From Mytilus trossulus (Eukaryota), in NCBI RefSeq assembly GCF_036588685.1, contig NC_086375.1, positions 71,734,001 through 71,798,000 of the forward strand: a stretch of 64,000 bases of DNA, read 5' to 3'. Numbering within the stretch: position 1 is the first letter of the stretch; every line of letters starts with the position of its first letter. Of the stretch, positions 50,501-64,000 are shown piece after piece. Both the position numbers and the translations under genes were made by a program. The notes beneath the pieces are model-generated. The model did not search any database. It had not been told where the DNA came from and saw nothing but the letters and a program-made list of their open reading frames with translations.

Positions 50501-53500
50501 TTAAATAAATCTTTGCTGCAGTCCCAAACACTAACATAATTAAATACGGAACTTGAAATTTGACGGACACTTGAAAATCAATGCTTATATATTTTTTTGT
50601 AGATTTATTGCGGGTAAAAGCGTTAATTATTTTGTATACGAAGCGGTAACTCCTATAAAACGTAAAAGAAGAATCGTGCAGATCATTAAACCAGTCATTT
50701 ACAACTAACTTGTTAAATCGTCGATTCTTCAGTCTGTATGATATTTATAGATGAATTATATTTCTGAAATATGTGCTTTGTCCCTATTATTAATAGATCT
50801 TAATAGCGGTAACGTTTAGCAAGACTTTGAAACCAGAATATCAATTGCAGTAACATTGATTTTCGTTAAGGATAAAGGCTTACTAAGTTCGATCACAGAA
50901 TGTATAGGTTGGTGATATTTGCGAGCTTTTCCCGTAGAAATCAATTTACTTATTTCTAAAATAAACATTAAATAGTAACACAGATTAGAAATTGTCTTTC
51001 ATATTGCCTTCGTAATATTTTCCGTTTAAAACACTGGCTTCAATTGATGAAAAGATGAAATCGAATTAAGTGGACTAAAATCAGAGGAAAATGTTAAGAC
51101 CTGAGTAATGATAAAACTTTAAAGTTAACCAAAGTTAAATGTCTACGTAGAGAAAATGAATAAAGCCAAACAAAAAAACAAGAGTAGTGAAGTGAAAAAT
51201 ATTTGACCAAATCTGAAGAAACAAAACAACGGTCATCACAATTCATTGCATATAGTGTAATATCAAAACTTATTTTTCCCCAATGTGCCAACAGTTACAG
51301 TTTGTAAAACAGCACAAACAATGCAACTCTTCAAACAAACAAACGAATATCAATAACTAGAAGGAATCAGAAACCAACGTGGGTTGAGCCTCAGTCACAT
51401 TAGACTACGCTCACCGAGATCTAAAATCATGAAATTCAGATCATCGTCAGGTCGCGGTATGAGCGTTATACAAATGTAGAATTTCGTTGTTTTCACGATG
51501 CTACTACGTCCTCAAAACGCTGCTACAACGATCCCGCTACGATTGTATCACGTTCTCACCACACTTATTCTGCGACCTCACTACGATTATCACGATCGTA
51601 CTACGATCATTACGTTCTCACTACGACCATACTACGATTTATCCAATTGCAATATTATCTTACCACGCTTCTACTGCGTCTATGGCACGCTCTTACCACA
51701 GCATACTACGATCGTACCACGTTCATACAGCGATCTTACTTCGCTCTCAGCAGTAAAGTCAGATTCGTGTTCCATATAAATACTCCTTCGAATTTCTCAT
51801 TTATTCGTAGATCTCTAAGAAACAGCCATGACACCAAATTTAAATCTACCAGAACTCGTGGGCGCGGTAGGAGGGGGTATAGGTAGGGACAGAGGCAGAG
51901 GGGTCTCTGAAACTAACCCTGATCCAGTAGAAATGTCATATTGAACAATCCAAACTTAATCACAACATATTGCGGGTGCATCAAGATCATTGTAGTAAAA
52001 GGATCCAGTTTAAGGTGGGCATCTAATAGCAAATTGTTTGCCATATAATGCACTATATGCATGTGGAACGTTCCATGTCTTCTGAATTTCGTCTGCAATC
52101 GCCCTCCAATCATTTCAATCATGAACTCACTCCATCTCTATGACCTCGTCTTTGAGATTTTTTTTATCTGTGTTAATGATTGTAGAATCATTTCTATATG
52201 TACATGGGCTTGTGTTTCTTTGTTTCATTTTAAATTTGATGTTTCAAACAAAACCTGGAGAACTTTTATATATTTATGTGACAATTCCAGTGAGTATGAC
52301 TAGAACTCGAAAAAGTCGTAGTATTTACGTAGTCCTGTCGAAAGAAGAGCGTGATGAGAACGGCATGAGCATGCAAGAATTGTTTCATGGTCTTCAACAA
52401 CATGGTACAAAATGTATAAACGTGGTATAGAGGTTATATATAGAAGCATGGTTGGGTCGCGGTGAGAACGTCATGGTCGTATAGTGAGGTCGTTGTTACG
52501 TCGCTGTCAGATCGTAGCGCAGTCTCTCTGACTAGAATCCCGCTTTCGCTACGATCTCGCTACTACAGTATGGTATAGCGACCTTTGTGCTCTAACAACG
52601 ACTTTACTGCGCTCTCTCTATGCTCCTTCTACGACCTGATTTGTCCACGACCACACCACATGTTCAAAGTTTGTCACGCTCATCAAGATCATGATTACCT
52701 TTCACATAAAATATCGTGACGGATCAGCAATACGTTGTGATTCAGATTGGATTGGTTGAGTCGACACCTCTACTGGGTCGGGATTCGTATCAGAGGCCCT
52801 CTGATCCATCTTCTACACCTCCCACCACGCCTACCAGTTCTGGTAGATGTTGGTGGCATGACCGTGTTGTTTTCAAGAATTCTACGTATGAATGACAATT
52901 AGAAGGAATGGAACAGTATTTATATGGAACATGATGTTGACGTATTTGCTGAGCGTGTAGTAACATCGCGGTATGAACGTGGTAAGAGCGTGCTATTATT
53001 ACAGAAGAAGCGTCGGATGTTCGTGTTGCAATCGGAAAAATCGTGGTATGGTCGTAGTGAGGACGTGATGAGCGTAGTAAGATCGTAATAATCGTAGTGA
53101 ATTCACAGAACGTGGTATAATCGTAGCGGCTTCGTTGTAGCAGCGTATTGAGGACGTAGTAGCAACGTGAAAATATGCGGGTATGCTCAAGTATTAGGTG
53201 AGGAACAGATCGAATTGATAGAACTGCATAAAAGTAATGAAGGTGCAAGCACGCTTTAAATGAAGCAGCCATTGCTTTATCTAAATGTGCACTATATGTT
53301 TTTGGTAAATATATGTTAAAAATAATAATTGCTTTGATCTTGGATATTAACTCTATAGAAGTGAATTTCCTCAAGCATGGACAACAGTTTTCTGAGAAAC
53401 TCAAACAGTTAAAATAGGTTCTTGTATAAAACAACAAGAAACAAATACAACAAAGTAAAAAACGATAAATATTCGAGCACATATGAACAATGTTTGGTTG

Positions 53501-56500
53501 CCTTAATCGAATCCTAGAGAACGTTGTTCAAGGGTAAGACATAAACATTGATCTAGATGGGCGGCTCATATATTTCATATATGAAATTAAAAAACAAAAT
53601 AAAACTATTGAGCTTATTCTTAATGAAAACAGAACTTCAAACATGTTATTCTTATTTCAGATTACAGGGTAGACATTAACTATTCAAAATTAAAGACATG
53701 AATTTATTGGTTATTCAACTTTAATTCAAGATTTCATATCTCTTCTTATTTATTTGCATGTAATAACATGTGTGCTTTTGTATTTCAGTTGATCATGGAT
53801 CATGGTTTGATTTTACACGTAGCTGGTGGAACATGCGACACCATGATAATGTGTATATTGTATTCTATGAGGATATGAAAAGGGTAAGTTTAAAAAACGA
53901 ATGCTTGTGCATGGGTGATGAAATCCTTTTCGGCTCAATTTGAAATTAGAAAGAAGTGCAAAGACACTACAACAAGGTTTGACTCATTCGACTCGATCAA
54001 TCAAACCAGCGCATCGGCATCAAGAAAACTAAGAGACTTGCATCCGCTTTAATTTTTGTTTTTATAAACTAAGGCGGCGTATCTGAAAAAATAACATTAA
54101 AACGAAGGCAAAAATAAAGACAAGCAAACAGAATATATGTTGTGCAAGTCTGCTCAATGATTATTTAGAAACAGTCGATTTAAATAATTAAATGATCACA
54201 ATTTGTGAAACTTACATCATTGGAATATGTTTAAAACTAAATACTACTTATAATATGTAAAGCATTTCGCCATATTAAAATCAGATTTAAAACTTTCTAG
54301 AGAGTTATTATTTAGATTCTCAAAAATGTCGATAAACATCAATATCACAACAAGAGTTTAGTTTAAGGGTGACATTCAGTCGCTATTGGTATATCAGAGC
54401 TATAAAGAAATTTGTTGTAATTACATTAACTTCAAAAAAAATCTTGTTGAAAGTTGAAAGCTGAAATAGACTTTTCGACTTCCCAACCAACTTATGGTGG
54501 GAAAGTGATCCAACATTCAAGTTATATCATCTGATAAGATATAGGAAGACGTGGTGTGAGTGCCAATGAGACTAATCTCCATCCAAGTCACAATTTATAA
54601 ATTTAACTTAACCATTAAAGGTCAATGAACGGCCTTCAACACGGAGCCTTGGCTCACACCGAACAAAAAGCTATAAAGGGCCCCAACATTACTAGTGTAA
54701 AACCATTCAAACTTGAAAAACCAACGGTCTAAATGTTAGTATGGTGCCCATATCGCAACTAAAAATGAGTGTCAAGAAAATAGAAAATATTTATAAACTT
54801 GTATCTCAATCATAAATGTGGATGTGTGTTTCTTTTTCAGAACCTAAAAAAAGAAATAGTGAAAATTTGCGATTTTCTTGGAAAACAACTCGACGACAAA
54901 ACTTTAGAACGCATCAGTGATAATTGCTCCTTTGAGAGCATGCGTAATAATCCAATGACCAATCATTTAGATGTTTACTCGATTGATAGCAAAATATCGC
55001 CATTACTACGGAAAGGTATGTGTACGAATGAAATCTTAAATCTGTAATTTCATCATTACTACCTAACAGCACAACCAACTTTACGGCTCAAATTTACACA
55101 AAGGAACTTACTTTAAAATAAATCAAATTTAAACGGCAATAACTGTTATTTCCTAGATTTAGATAATACGGTCTTTAATGTGAAACTTAACTCTAAAATT
55201 TACGACAAAAGGGACGATTTTTCGTTCCCTATTGTTAATTTCCCATTTTTAGATGGTGATGTTCCTTTGGCACCATCTTACGGTGTTATAATTTCACAGC
55301 TCGTTCGCTATGCCCGTGTCTGCATGTTATGACGTTTTTGATTTTTTATTAACGAACGTAATCTATGCATCACTGGTAAATTATTAAATTGTGTCTCCGT
55401 AAATTACTTAAAACCTTTAACATTTTTTTCCATAGATATAAATATTTGATTTTGAAGTTTAGTTATACCTGTAGAAAACTTATTTCTAACTGGATAGCAC
55501 ACCCTCACTTTTAAGGAAATGCTGTTAACCAAGCCCGATAATTTAGAAAAGGTCCTTGTAAACTTGTCAATCCTTTAAATTAACTTATTCTAAAAGGTTA
55601 CCAATTCAACACTGTAATAAGATCATTTAATATTGTTTTTATTGGTATAAATATTGACTTTCTTATCAGTATATTTAAAGCAAACTTATAAAATGTTACT
55701 TGTATGTTACATACATGTTTACATTCATGGATCTACAATCTGTCGATACCTGTGTCTCGGCATTGCAGAAGATGATGTTTTCTTTGACTGTTTATGACGT
55801 CTTTGCATGAAATCAATTGGATGTTGGTGTACGGATTGATAATTTAGTCTTTGATGCAATGCATGGTTTGTTCTTAGTTGTCAGAGGCTTTGAACTAGCT
55901 ATCAGCTAACTGCGAGTACTCTCATATATGTATCTAGTGTCTTTTTGTTTTTGAGATGTAAAAGTACCCGTCAACGTCCACTTGACGTATTTTTATCCAT
56001 CTGATGAGTTAAGCCTTTTTCAACGGATTTTTATAGTTCGTTCTTATTTTGTACTGTTATACCACTGTGCCAGGTTAGGGGGAGGGTTGGGATCCCGCTA
56101 ACATGTTTAAACCCACCAAACTATGTATGTATGTGCCTTTCTCAAGTCAGGAGCCTGTAATTCAGTGGTTGTCGTTTGTTTATGTGTTACATATTTGTTT
56201 TTCATTCATTTATTGTACATAAATTAGGCCGTTAGTTTTCTTGTTTGAATTGTTATACATTGTCGATGAGGGGCCTTTTATAGCTGACTATACGATATCG
56301 CTTTGTTCATTGTTGAAGGCCGTACGGTGACCTATAGTTGTTAATTTCTGTGTCATTTAGTGGTCTCTTGTGGAGAGTTGTCTCATTGGCAATCATACCA
56401 CATTTTCTTTTTTTTTTATATTTGTTAAGGCTTGAAGAATTGCTTAACCACCTTTCGATTCAGTATCTCAGAGATACAGGTTTAAATGATGCTGTAAGTA

Positions 56501-57104
56501 AATACTAAAAGGAACAAAGCTTGGGTGCGTACATGGTTATATGAGTGAATTTGGCTTTAATAAATAGTCCGTCACGTTTTTCTGATATAACTTTAGTGAC
56601 GATATGTAATAACGGCGCTGTAACCCCACTGTAACTCAACTCAGAGATCTATACTAAGGAATTAAAATTATTGTTTAGTGTTTAATTTACATTATAGTTG
56701 ACAAATATGATTTATCTAAATTTTTGAAAAAGAAAACATTGAAAAAAAATAGTTGCTGGATAAAATGGTATACAATGCAATCTAGTAATTAAACATGATA
56801 AGACTGAGTGCGTACAAACATTCGCCATTTGTTGGTCAGAACCTGTAGATTCTTGTAGTAAGATTGATCTGCTAATATTTATATATTGCGACAATGAGGT
56901 TCGTTTAACGCATTGAATATAAATACAGTGGTATAAAAACACAAAACCTTCAATTCTGAGGAAGATTGTGATTTGTTGATTTTCTTTTCAGGTACTGTTG
57001 GCGACTGGAAGAACCATTTTACAGTACAACAAAATGAAGACTTTGATAAATTTTATCAATCGCGCATGGACGAGTTCAATATCCCATTCCAGTATGAGCT
57101 TTGA
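47581..57104 (+). CDS. Cytosolic PAPS-dependent sulfotransferase (SULT1-like), 294 aa. Coding exons: 47581-47725, 49095-49321, 49805-49934, 53789-53883, 54841-55015, 56992-57104
   Basis: 5'-PSB loop TYPKAGTTW, catalytic His in KTHL, 3'-PB motif RNPKDLCVSYYHF, YEDMK, RKGTVGDWKNHFT and the dimerisation motif KNHFTVQQNE (KxxxTVxxxE). GT-AG introns join in frame (885 nt). Confidence 0.95.
51388..53180. mobile_element. CG-rich fold-back/MITE-derived element in sulfotransferase intron 3
   Basis: About 51488-51860 is an imperfect inverted copy of about 52800-53175, rich in CTACGA/TCGTAG subrepeats. Confidence 0.65.
55130..56420 (+). mobile_element. 5'-truncated Penelope-like retroelement (same family as 10068-11288) in sulfotransferase intron 5
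   Basis: FLDLD...KIYDKRDDFSFPIVNFPFLDGDVPLAPSYGV.ISQLVRYARVC remnant followed by the same 3' non-coding modules. Confidence 0.8.
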
Positions 57105-60100
57105 AATGCATCGCACAATGCATGGTGTTCTTTCCAAATAATAGGATTATTAGAAGTTAAAATAAACCAAGAGTTTTAGAGCATCTTTTTTTAATTGTTT
57201 TTTTTTAACAAGCGTTGTCAGTTTTGGTAACTGCTTTATTTCGTCCGTCTGAAACAAATAGAGGCATCAAATTATACATCATCCTTAGTTTAAACGATTT
57301 ACTGCAACATTATTTGAACTATGCAAACATTTTGAAGGAGTTCGCCTCCGTTTAAGTAATATTTGAATGATTTATTCTCAAGTTCTCATGCTTGAAATCA
57401 AATGATCCAGACAATGCTATTGATAATGTAAAATATATTGATAATGTAAAATATCAACTGCTTGACAAAATATGAAGGCTTTTTGATCTCGTTCGCTACG
57501 CTCACTCGACAAAAAGCTTCATATTATGTCTCGCAGCTGATATTTTACGATATCAACATGCAGATAACCTGATAATCGGTACTTATTTTGTTATTTCTAC
57601 GAAGATATTTGACCTCAGTGTATAATAAATGAAATAAATGAAACTAGAAGTCGTTTTCAATATCATGTACGCTTTACATTTTTAAAAGGCAAACTATTAA
57701 AAAATAAAACGACTTTTTTAACTGTTAATGACGTCTTTACACAAAATCCATTTGATGTTTAAGTGAACTGGTTTCTATTTAAGTCTTAGATGACTTTTTT
57801 TGCATTAGTTGTTACATTGATTTGGCTAAGAACAATAACGGTCAGTAAATGCATGTACTCTCTGATCTGTACCTAACGTCTTTTTAAAGGGGATGTATAA
57901 GTACCCTGCCACGTCTACTCTGTGTTTGTTGGATGCATTCCTGCTTTATATTCATCTGATTTCTTATATTTTACTGCTATACCACTGTCCTATGTTATAG
58001 TAAGGCTGTCGACTTCAAATTAGATTAACCCAGTCACACTCTGTATGTGACTATCAGGAATCTTTTCATCTGACTATGCGGTATGGGTTTTACTTATTGT
58101 AGAAAGCCATACGATGACGTATAGTTATCAATTTCTACTTTATTTGGTCTAATGTGGAAAGTTGTCTCAAAAGCAATCATTCTACATTTGCTTATAACTA
58201 TATAATAAATATGTCTGATTAGTAGTGTTCGATATGAAATCAGAAGCTTTGGTATGATTGCCAATGAGACAGCTATCCACCAAGTTTCAAATAAAGTGGA
58301 TGTTACACTAGCAGATATAGACAACTGTACGGTCTTCAACAATAAAAAAACCAAAACCAATACTTGTTTGATTCCTCTTTATTCATTTTCGGGATTTTTT
58401 TATGAATAAATGAAAATTATACACTAAGTCTTACATTGTGCATTGTATTCAGTACCTTGATGTCACACTATTATGTTGTCGGAAAAGCACTTTTAGTAAA
58501 TATTAGTAAATATCTATTCGGGTTGACAGGCCCTTTTTTACATTATTATTCATAAAAATGTATTCAACAACCATTAGTATGTATCAATCATCTTCATGCT
58601 AAATCGACGTCAGATGTCGACTAGTAAGTTCTGTTGAAATATGCATGGTGCTGTACATCCAGATGCAAATATATCATGTACATGTGTATTTTAATAGAGA
58701 ACTGTTTTTATAATGTAATATGATTATACAGAAGCGGATCCATACATTTTTAAAAGGGGGGGGTGTCCAACTATATGTCCCCATTCAAATGCATTCATTG
58801 GCCAAAAAAGGGGGATTCCAACCCCCGGACCCCCCCCCCCCCCCCCCTTTGGGATCCGCCAATGTTATACATCAGTAGATAACACAAAAATTACGATTTT
58901 TTACATAATACATGTAGTAAATCTGGAAATATTCCACATGAAGACAACTCACGATTCAAACCTTTATTTATTCAGAGTCGTCAAAAGCCGACAAGTTTTA
59001 TGCTGTGTGGACATGATGAAGAAGAGGAAAGCATAGATTTCAAAGCTTATTGAGGTTGATTTTTTTTGTACTCACGTTCAAACTTAAAATAACTTCCCTT
59101 TCAGTATTTTAACAAGCGCGTGACGACTCAATTTTACACAGAAAACAATTTACGAATGTTGAGGCACATGTAAGTTTGTGAATGATTATAATGATACTGA
59201 CGCGTGGTAGATAGTATGATTAGATGATAGACATGTCGAAAGAGAGAGAAACTGATAAAGAGCTTCAATGACTCAGAAATACTGTGGCGGACTATAGTGG
59301 AATGTTGTAGGAGATGAGTCTGCAGTGCGACTGATAAAACAGAAAATAGTTTGGAATACAAATTTGAAAAAAAGGTAAACAGGTAAGCTATATATGTTTG
59401 CATTTTTAACGTTCATCTTCTGAGATTTAATTGATATTAGTACGACATTCGTTCTTTAGATACTGCATGATGTCAGCTGGTTTGTTTCATTATTTTTTCG
59501 AATGAGATCTAAATATATTTTATAAATTACTGTTAATTGGTTTACATTATTTATTCATCATTTTATATATATATATCGTATACTTAAGTTTTAAGTAGGT
59601 TTCCATTTGTTTATTTGTTTGCTTTGAATTTGATTGTATTTCTTTGTCATGTTTGCTGCATTCCATCGTCACTTCTAATCACTCATACTTTATCGTCAAG
59701 TTCTTAAGTGCAGTCTTGCAAATTAAATGATTAAGATATAAATAACATTTTGCTGCACACTTCTGCCTATAAAACAGTAAACAGCAGGGTTCTTGAAAAT
59801 TTCCGTATATCAAAATAAACCTGATTGTCTGTCCATCAATGTTATTTAAACCATCTGTCTGCATACACCTGACAGGAACCACGTGCCGAAGGGTTATCTA
59901 TATTCCTAACACAAGTAATTATCAGAATTAGAGTTGGCTTTGATATAGATGTTGTATAGATAATTATCCAGGTAAATTGTAAATAGTTCTTCTGTTATAA
60001 TTACTTATATGTAATTAAACTCTGCAATGGTATATGTCAAACTGAATGGTATACGTATCTTCCTATCATTTATATACAGCATCTTCTAGTTGTGGGAGAG

Positions 60101-63100
60101 GGGTCCGTTATACTTATTACTATCTTCTTTTTTTTATAGAAAATTTACATTTTTTACAAATAGTAAATCAATTGCTTGCTATCTAGACTTGAAACTAAGG
60201 CATTAAATGAATCATCTATGGGTTCTATGATGCTTGGTCAAGTGAATATTGGACTAAAAATTCAAGACACCAAGTATGACAAATAGAAATTCTTTTAAAT
60301 CCACCTTTATAAAGAGTAGTTTATAAATTACTCCAAATATAACAGACCTTAGTAACAGACAAACGATGTAACTACTAACGAGCAAATGCCAATGTACTAT
60401 TTTAAAAAATAAGTAATACATATTGTCGACCATAGTGTGAAACATCCCTAATAAAAATATTTACCCGATAACTCAAGTATAATAAATATGATAATTATAA
60501 AACAGCTTCTAGGTTTGTTTTCTTCATCAATAATATCAAATAATGTAAGAAAAAGGTATGTTAATATGTTACCTGGAAAACGACATCTAATTGTCGAAAC
60601 CACAATTCGTCCTCTTTTCGTCAATTGTGACATCAACAAAGAGACTCTTCATCGAACTTGTAATTTACCTGAGTTTCACGACTGTGCTACTAATAAAGCA
60701 GGATCTGCTTAATAAACCTTTCAGAAGCACCTGGTATCCATAGGTTTGGTGTTGGTTTTTTTTTTGTTACTTAGTCCTTATATTGATATATAATGACTTG
60801 TTAACTTGCACGTCTTTTTGTCGTCTGTCGGGTTTTTGGCATGCCGTGGTCAGTTTTTCTTGACTTAATAGTTTTGTGTGGCTCAGGGTATCGTCCTACT
60901 TTTTTTAAGCAGGCAAATAAAAGACTGACATGGTCAAATCCAATCTTTACCTTCATACCCCGCTTCATACACATTTCGGATAAAATTAGTGAAAGCAGCC
61001 TTCTCCCCTGCGAAAGAGTTAAACCGTCATAGCGGGCGAGACAAACAATTCATCAAGATAGTGTATACGGGGAAAAATATACGATATTTGAGAGCTAGAA
61101 AAAAATACCAACTGAAATGAAAATCTGAAATAAGCTGTCAAAATACACGCTCTTCGATGTGATCAATCTAGTGCAAATGATGACATGAAATAGTACTCAA
61201 AAGAAGCAAATAAGAAAATACATATCGGAATTCTGAATACGTCATGGATTTTACTTGCCTTTGAGATAGAAATTTTTTAGTGTTTTTTATAATTTATCTT
61301 ATATTCGTGTAATCTACACACAATAGTAATGTGGTTAAATGTGAATTCATCTGGTACACGGAAGGTGCGTTATATAATCAGTTGATGCCTATCACAATTT
61401 GCATGTTGTGTATAAATGATATGCCTCACATCCAAGCAGAAAACAAGGGTTGAGCAAAACCAGCACGATAACTGTGAAATTTCCACTCCATCTGTGGCTA
61501 CAGAACGGACATTTGATGTTCTGAGAGTGGTTTGGTACAGGAGGATTTTAAAAATGAATACAAATTGGTTTGATGCTTAAAACAGGATGAAAAATGAAGA
61601 ATCTGCCACAAAAAGTGTACAGAGGAGTAATTGTGTACAAAAGTGAAAAATATTTTTTTCGTACTGCAAAACTTAATACTTAATCTGTCAAGGAATCTTA
61701 CTGTTCTAGTTTATGCACAATTCGAACTAACCCTAGTAAATTACAAAAACATGTGAAAAATATATGGCTAGAATGGGACAAACTGAATGGTAGCATAACG
61801 GCTCATAGAAACAAAATCCTTGTAAAAAAAAATAACACAAAAACGTGGTTGAATAATGAATCGTTTATTGGTTCTATCAGCTATCCTATGCTTAGCATTA
61901 CTGTGTTAGTTTTTGCGTTTGTAACCAGATCAATATTTTTTTTTAAATTATTCTGAGAATTTGTGTTAAAACTGCTCCGTTAAGTCGTATTGACTTTGCA
62001 TTTTCAGAAACAATAGGCTTTATCTTTAACCTCATTGATATTGCAATGTTTACAAACCCTATGATTCTATATTTAATTCTTTGATATTTATGTTGATATC
62101 TGAGAAAACTGTCAAAACTCGCATTTTTACTATTGAGAGAATTTGAGAAAAAAATTGTCCATTTTTTTGTTCCATTTTTCATGTTTTCATCGTGTGATTT
62201 TTATTTTTTTTCTACAAATTTTGGTAGCTATATTCAAGTTCTTTTATAATTAATGTTTATTAAGATCTTCCATCGTTTACATTTGTTCTCCAGCACTTTA
62301 ATTCTGTCTGTATACTAGTACTTAAATATGACCATGCTACAATTCAGAGCGTAGGTTTTACATACAGGAAAGTCTTTTTAAAAATCAAATGTTATTTTAA
62401 ATATCTATCTTATCCTTTACTGTTGTAGCCTATGCAGTTTTCCTTTTCGGTTTATGAAATTAAACGTAGGTAAATTGTCTGCCATACGATTCTACGATGC
62501 TGTAACTAAACAAGCCAGTTGTGCAACTTGAATCAACCCGTCGATCCCCCAATGTTGCCATCTTATGACAAATGTAAACTGTTAAGAATCTCTGTGTAAA
62601 TCCATCAATAAGTAATTGATAACGAAGGTCTATGTTCTCTCGGCATTCAACCTACATTGTGTTTACAACAGATGTAGGAAAATAAGCCAAAACACTTCAT
62701 TCGATTATGTAATACTGTAACATAAAGAAAGAATTTAAAGATAATGGTATCTTTGTTTCAATTGATCACCTCTCAATACCGTGTGTGCTAGTTACCTCAA
62801 AAAGTTATTCTTAGCGAAAAGTTTACATTCAGTGTGCGACTGTATTTTTGTATAGAAATATATACAGAACTCGACATAGTCACACATCTTATAAAGTAGT
62901 CAGTAATTACTTTCACATAGTGAGAGTGTCATCTAAGATTTAGTGCAGATGATAATTTGGAAATCCGCAAACCAATTAATTTTTATAGATAGAAAGAAAA
63001 ATAGTATCTAAAATTTTGGAGACAATTTATTGCGTTTTTTTTAGTGGATACATTTTAACGACAAACAAATATTTTGAAGAAAGTTAATCTTATTCCATGC

Positions 63101-63741
63101 TCCAACTAGTTAAAAAAAAATAGACTAATAAATGGAGAACATATTTAAGCGGTTAGTAAATTAGATGTTTATTTCTTCGTAGCAAATCCTAGCTGATTTA
63201 GGATTTACTTTCTTGTTTATCAAAAAGTAATTGACATTTAGCCCTTAAAACACAAACACATTGCATTGTTGCTAAGTATACATAATTGCGAAAGGACATA
63301 AACTTACTGACACATTAGTGTTCAAAAGGGAATATATATGATGGATTCAAGTCTATGTATACAAATGAAAAAAGTTTTTACTTTGTTATGTTGTTCCTGT
63401 GTACAGCCCTCTTTGATAACTATTATATAGTTTATAACGTATGAGAACTATACCTCAGTCAAAATACTATGTTATGCTCTTTTTCAATAATGAAAAATAC
63501 AAATCGAAATAATTTAAGAAAAATAACATTTTTCTGAACTTTTGCATGATACGTGTCTTCTTTTTTTTGTTGATTAGCCGGTGTATTCTATTTATTTTTT
63601 TATGTTGGATTATTGTCTTATTGACTTACATCTCACATTCCCTTCAGTATTCTTATATCAGCACGTGCATTTTCCGTTTATAAAATTTTCAAACATTTAT
63701 GCTGCTTTATGTTGTGCTGACATTTTAATGTTATATTTCAC

Positions 63742-63841
63742 ATGGCCATAAAATAGGGAGGTTTGTCATGCCACAAAATCAGGTTCAACCCACTATTTTT
63801 TTCTTTAAACATGTTCTGTACCAAGTCAGGAATATGGCCAT
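63742..63841 (+). ncRNA. Twister-like motif in a second repeat family
   Basis: ATGGCCATA/TATGGCCAT closing stem, GA-GGT with T-ACC pseudoknot partner, AA-GT-C-AGG. Relatives at 1674-1761(-) and about 35911-36020(-). Confidence 0.5.
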
Positions 63842-64000
63842 TATTATACTATATTTTGTTTCTGTGTGTGTTACATTTTAACGTTGTATTTCCGTTGTGT
63901 CGTTTGTTTTCTCTTATTTTTGAGTGTGAATTCACATTACTATAAGACGTGTCACGGTACTTATCTATCCCAAATTCATGTTTTTCGTTTTTATGTTATA

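Noticed and set aside
51487-53482. Several overlapping ORFs up to 230 aa
   Set aside because: They are by-products of the low-complexity inverted-repeat element and show no recognisable domain.
56000-56035. CTGATGAG in the Penelope 3' region resembling a hammerhead core (also near 10860 and 4725)
   Set aside because: There is no GAAA after a stem II and no cleavage triplet in register.
57102-57785. Sulfotransferase ends in TGA and a SECIS remnant lies about 620 nt downstream on the same strand (possible Sec read-through)
   Set aside because: This copy has lost the 3' GA of the quartet, AATAAA signals (about 57160 and 57625) precede it, and the protein is already full length.
59130-59390. 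Possible non-coding first exon of a further gene (CAG|GTAAGC near 59383)
   Set aside because: No downstream coding exon is recognisable within the window, so evidence is insufficient.

Overview
AT-rich, intron-containing animal genomic DNA; the repeat families and gene content suggest a bivalve mollusc, probably Mytilus (inference). Three complete spliced genes were reconstructed by hand with GT-AG boundaries and consistent phases. (1) ARGLU1 (+, 5 coding exons, 248 aa). (2) A soluble tandem TIR-STING-TIR-STING immune receptor (-, 10 coding exons, 722 aa), built by internal duplication of a 5-exon module, with two unequal nucleotide pockets and an ISRE-like upstream element. (3) A cytosolic SULT1-like sulfotransferase (+, 6 exons, 294 aa). 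The first coding exon of a DUF3253-like gene lies near the left end. The non-coding DNA is dense in mobile elements carrying functional-RNA motifs: Penelope-like (Naiad-type) remnants with a SECIS hairpin followed by a circularly permuted (type-P5) twister-ribozyme fold that shows compensatory changes between repeat families, ~360-nt hammerhead retrozyme units, a CAC-ended long-TIR transposon, a LINE remnant and several MITEs. All calls come from manual reading; no database searches were run.
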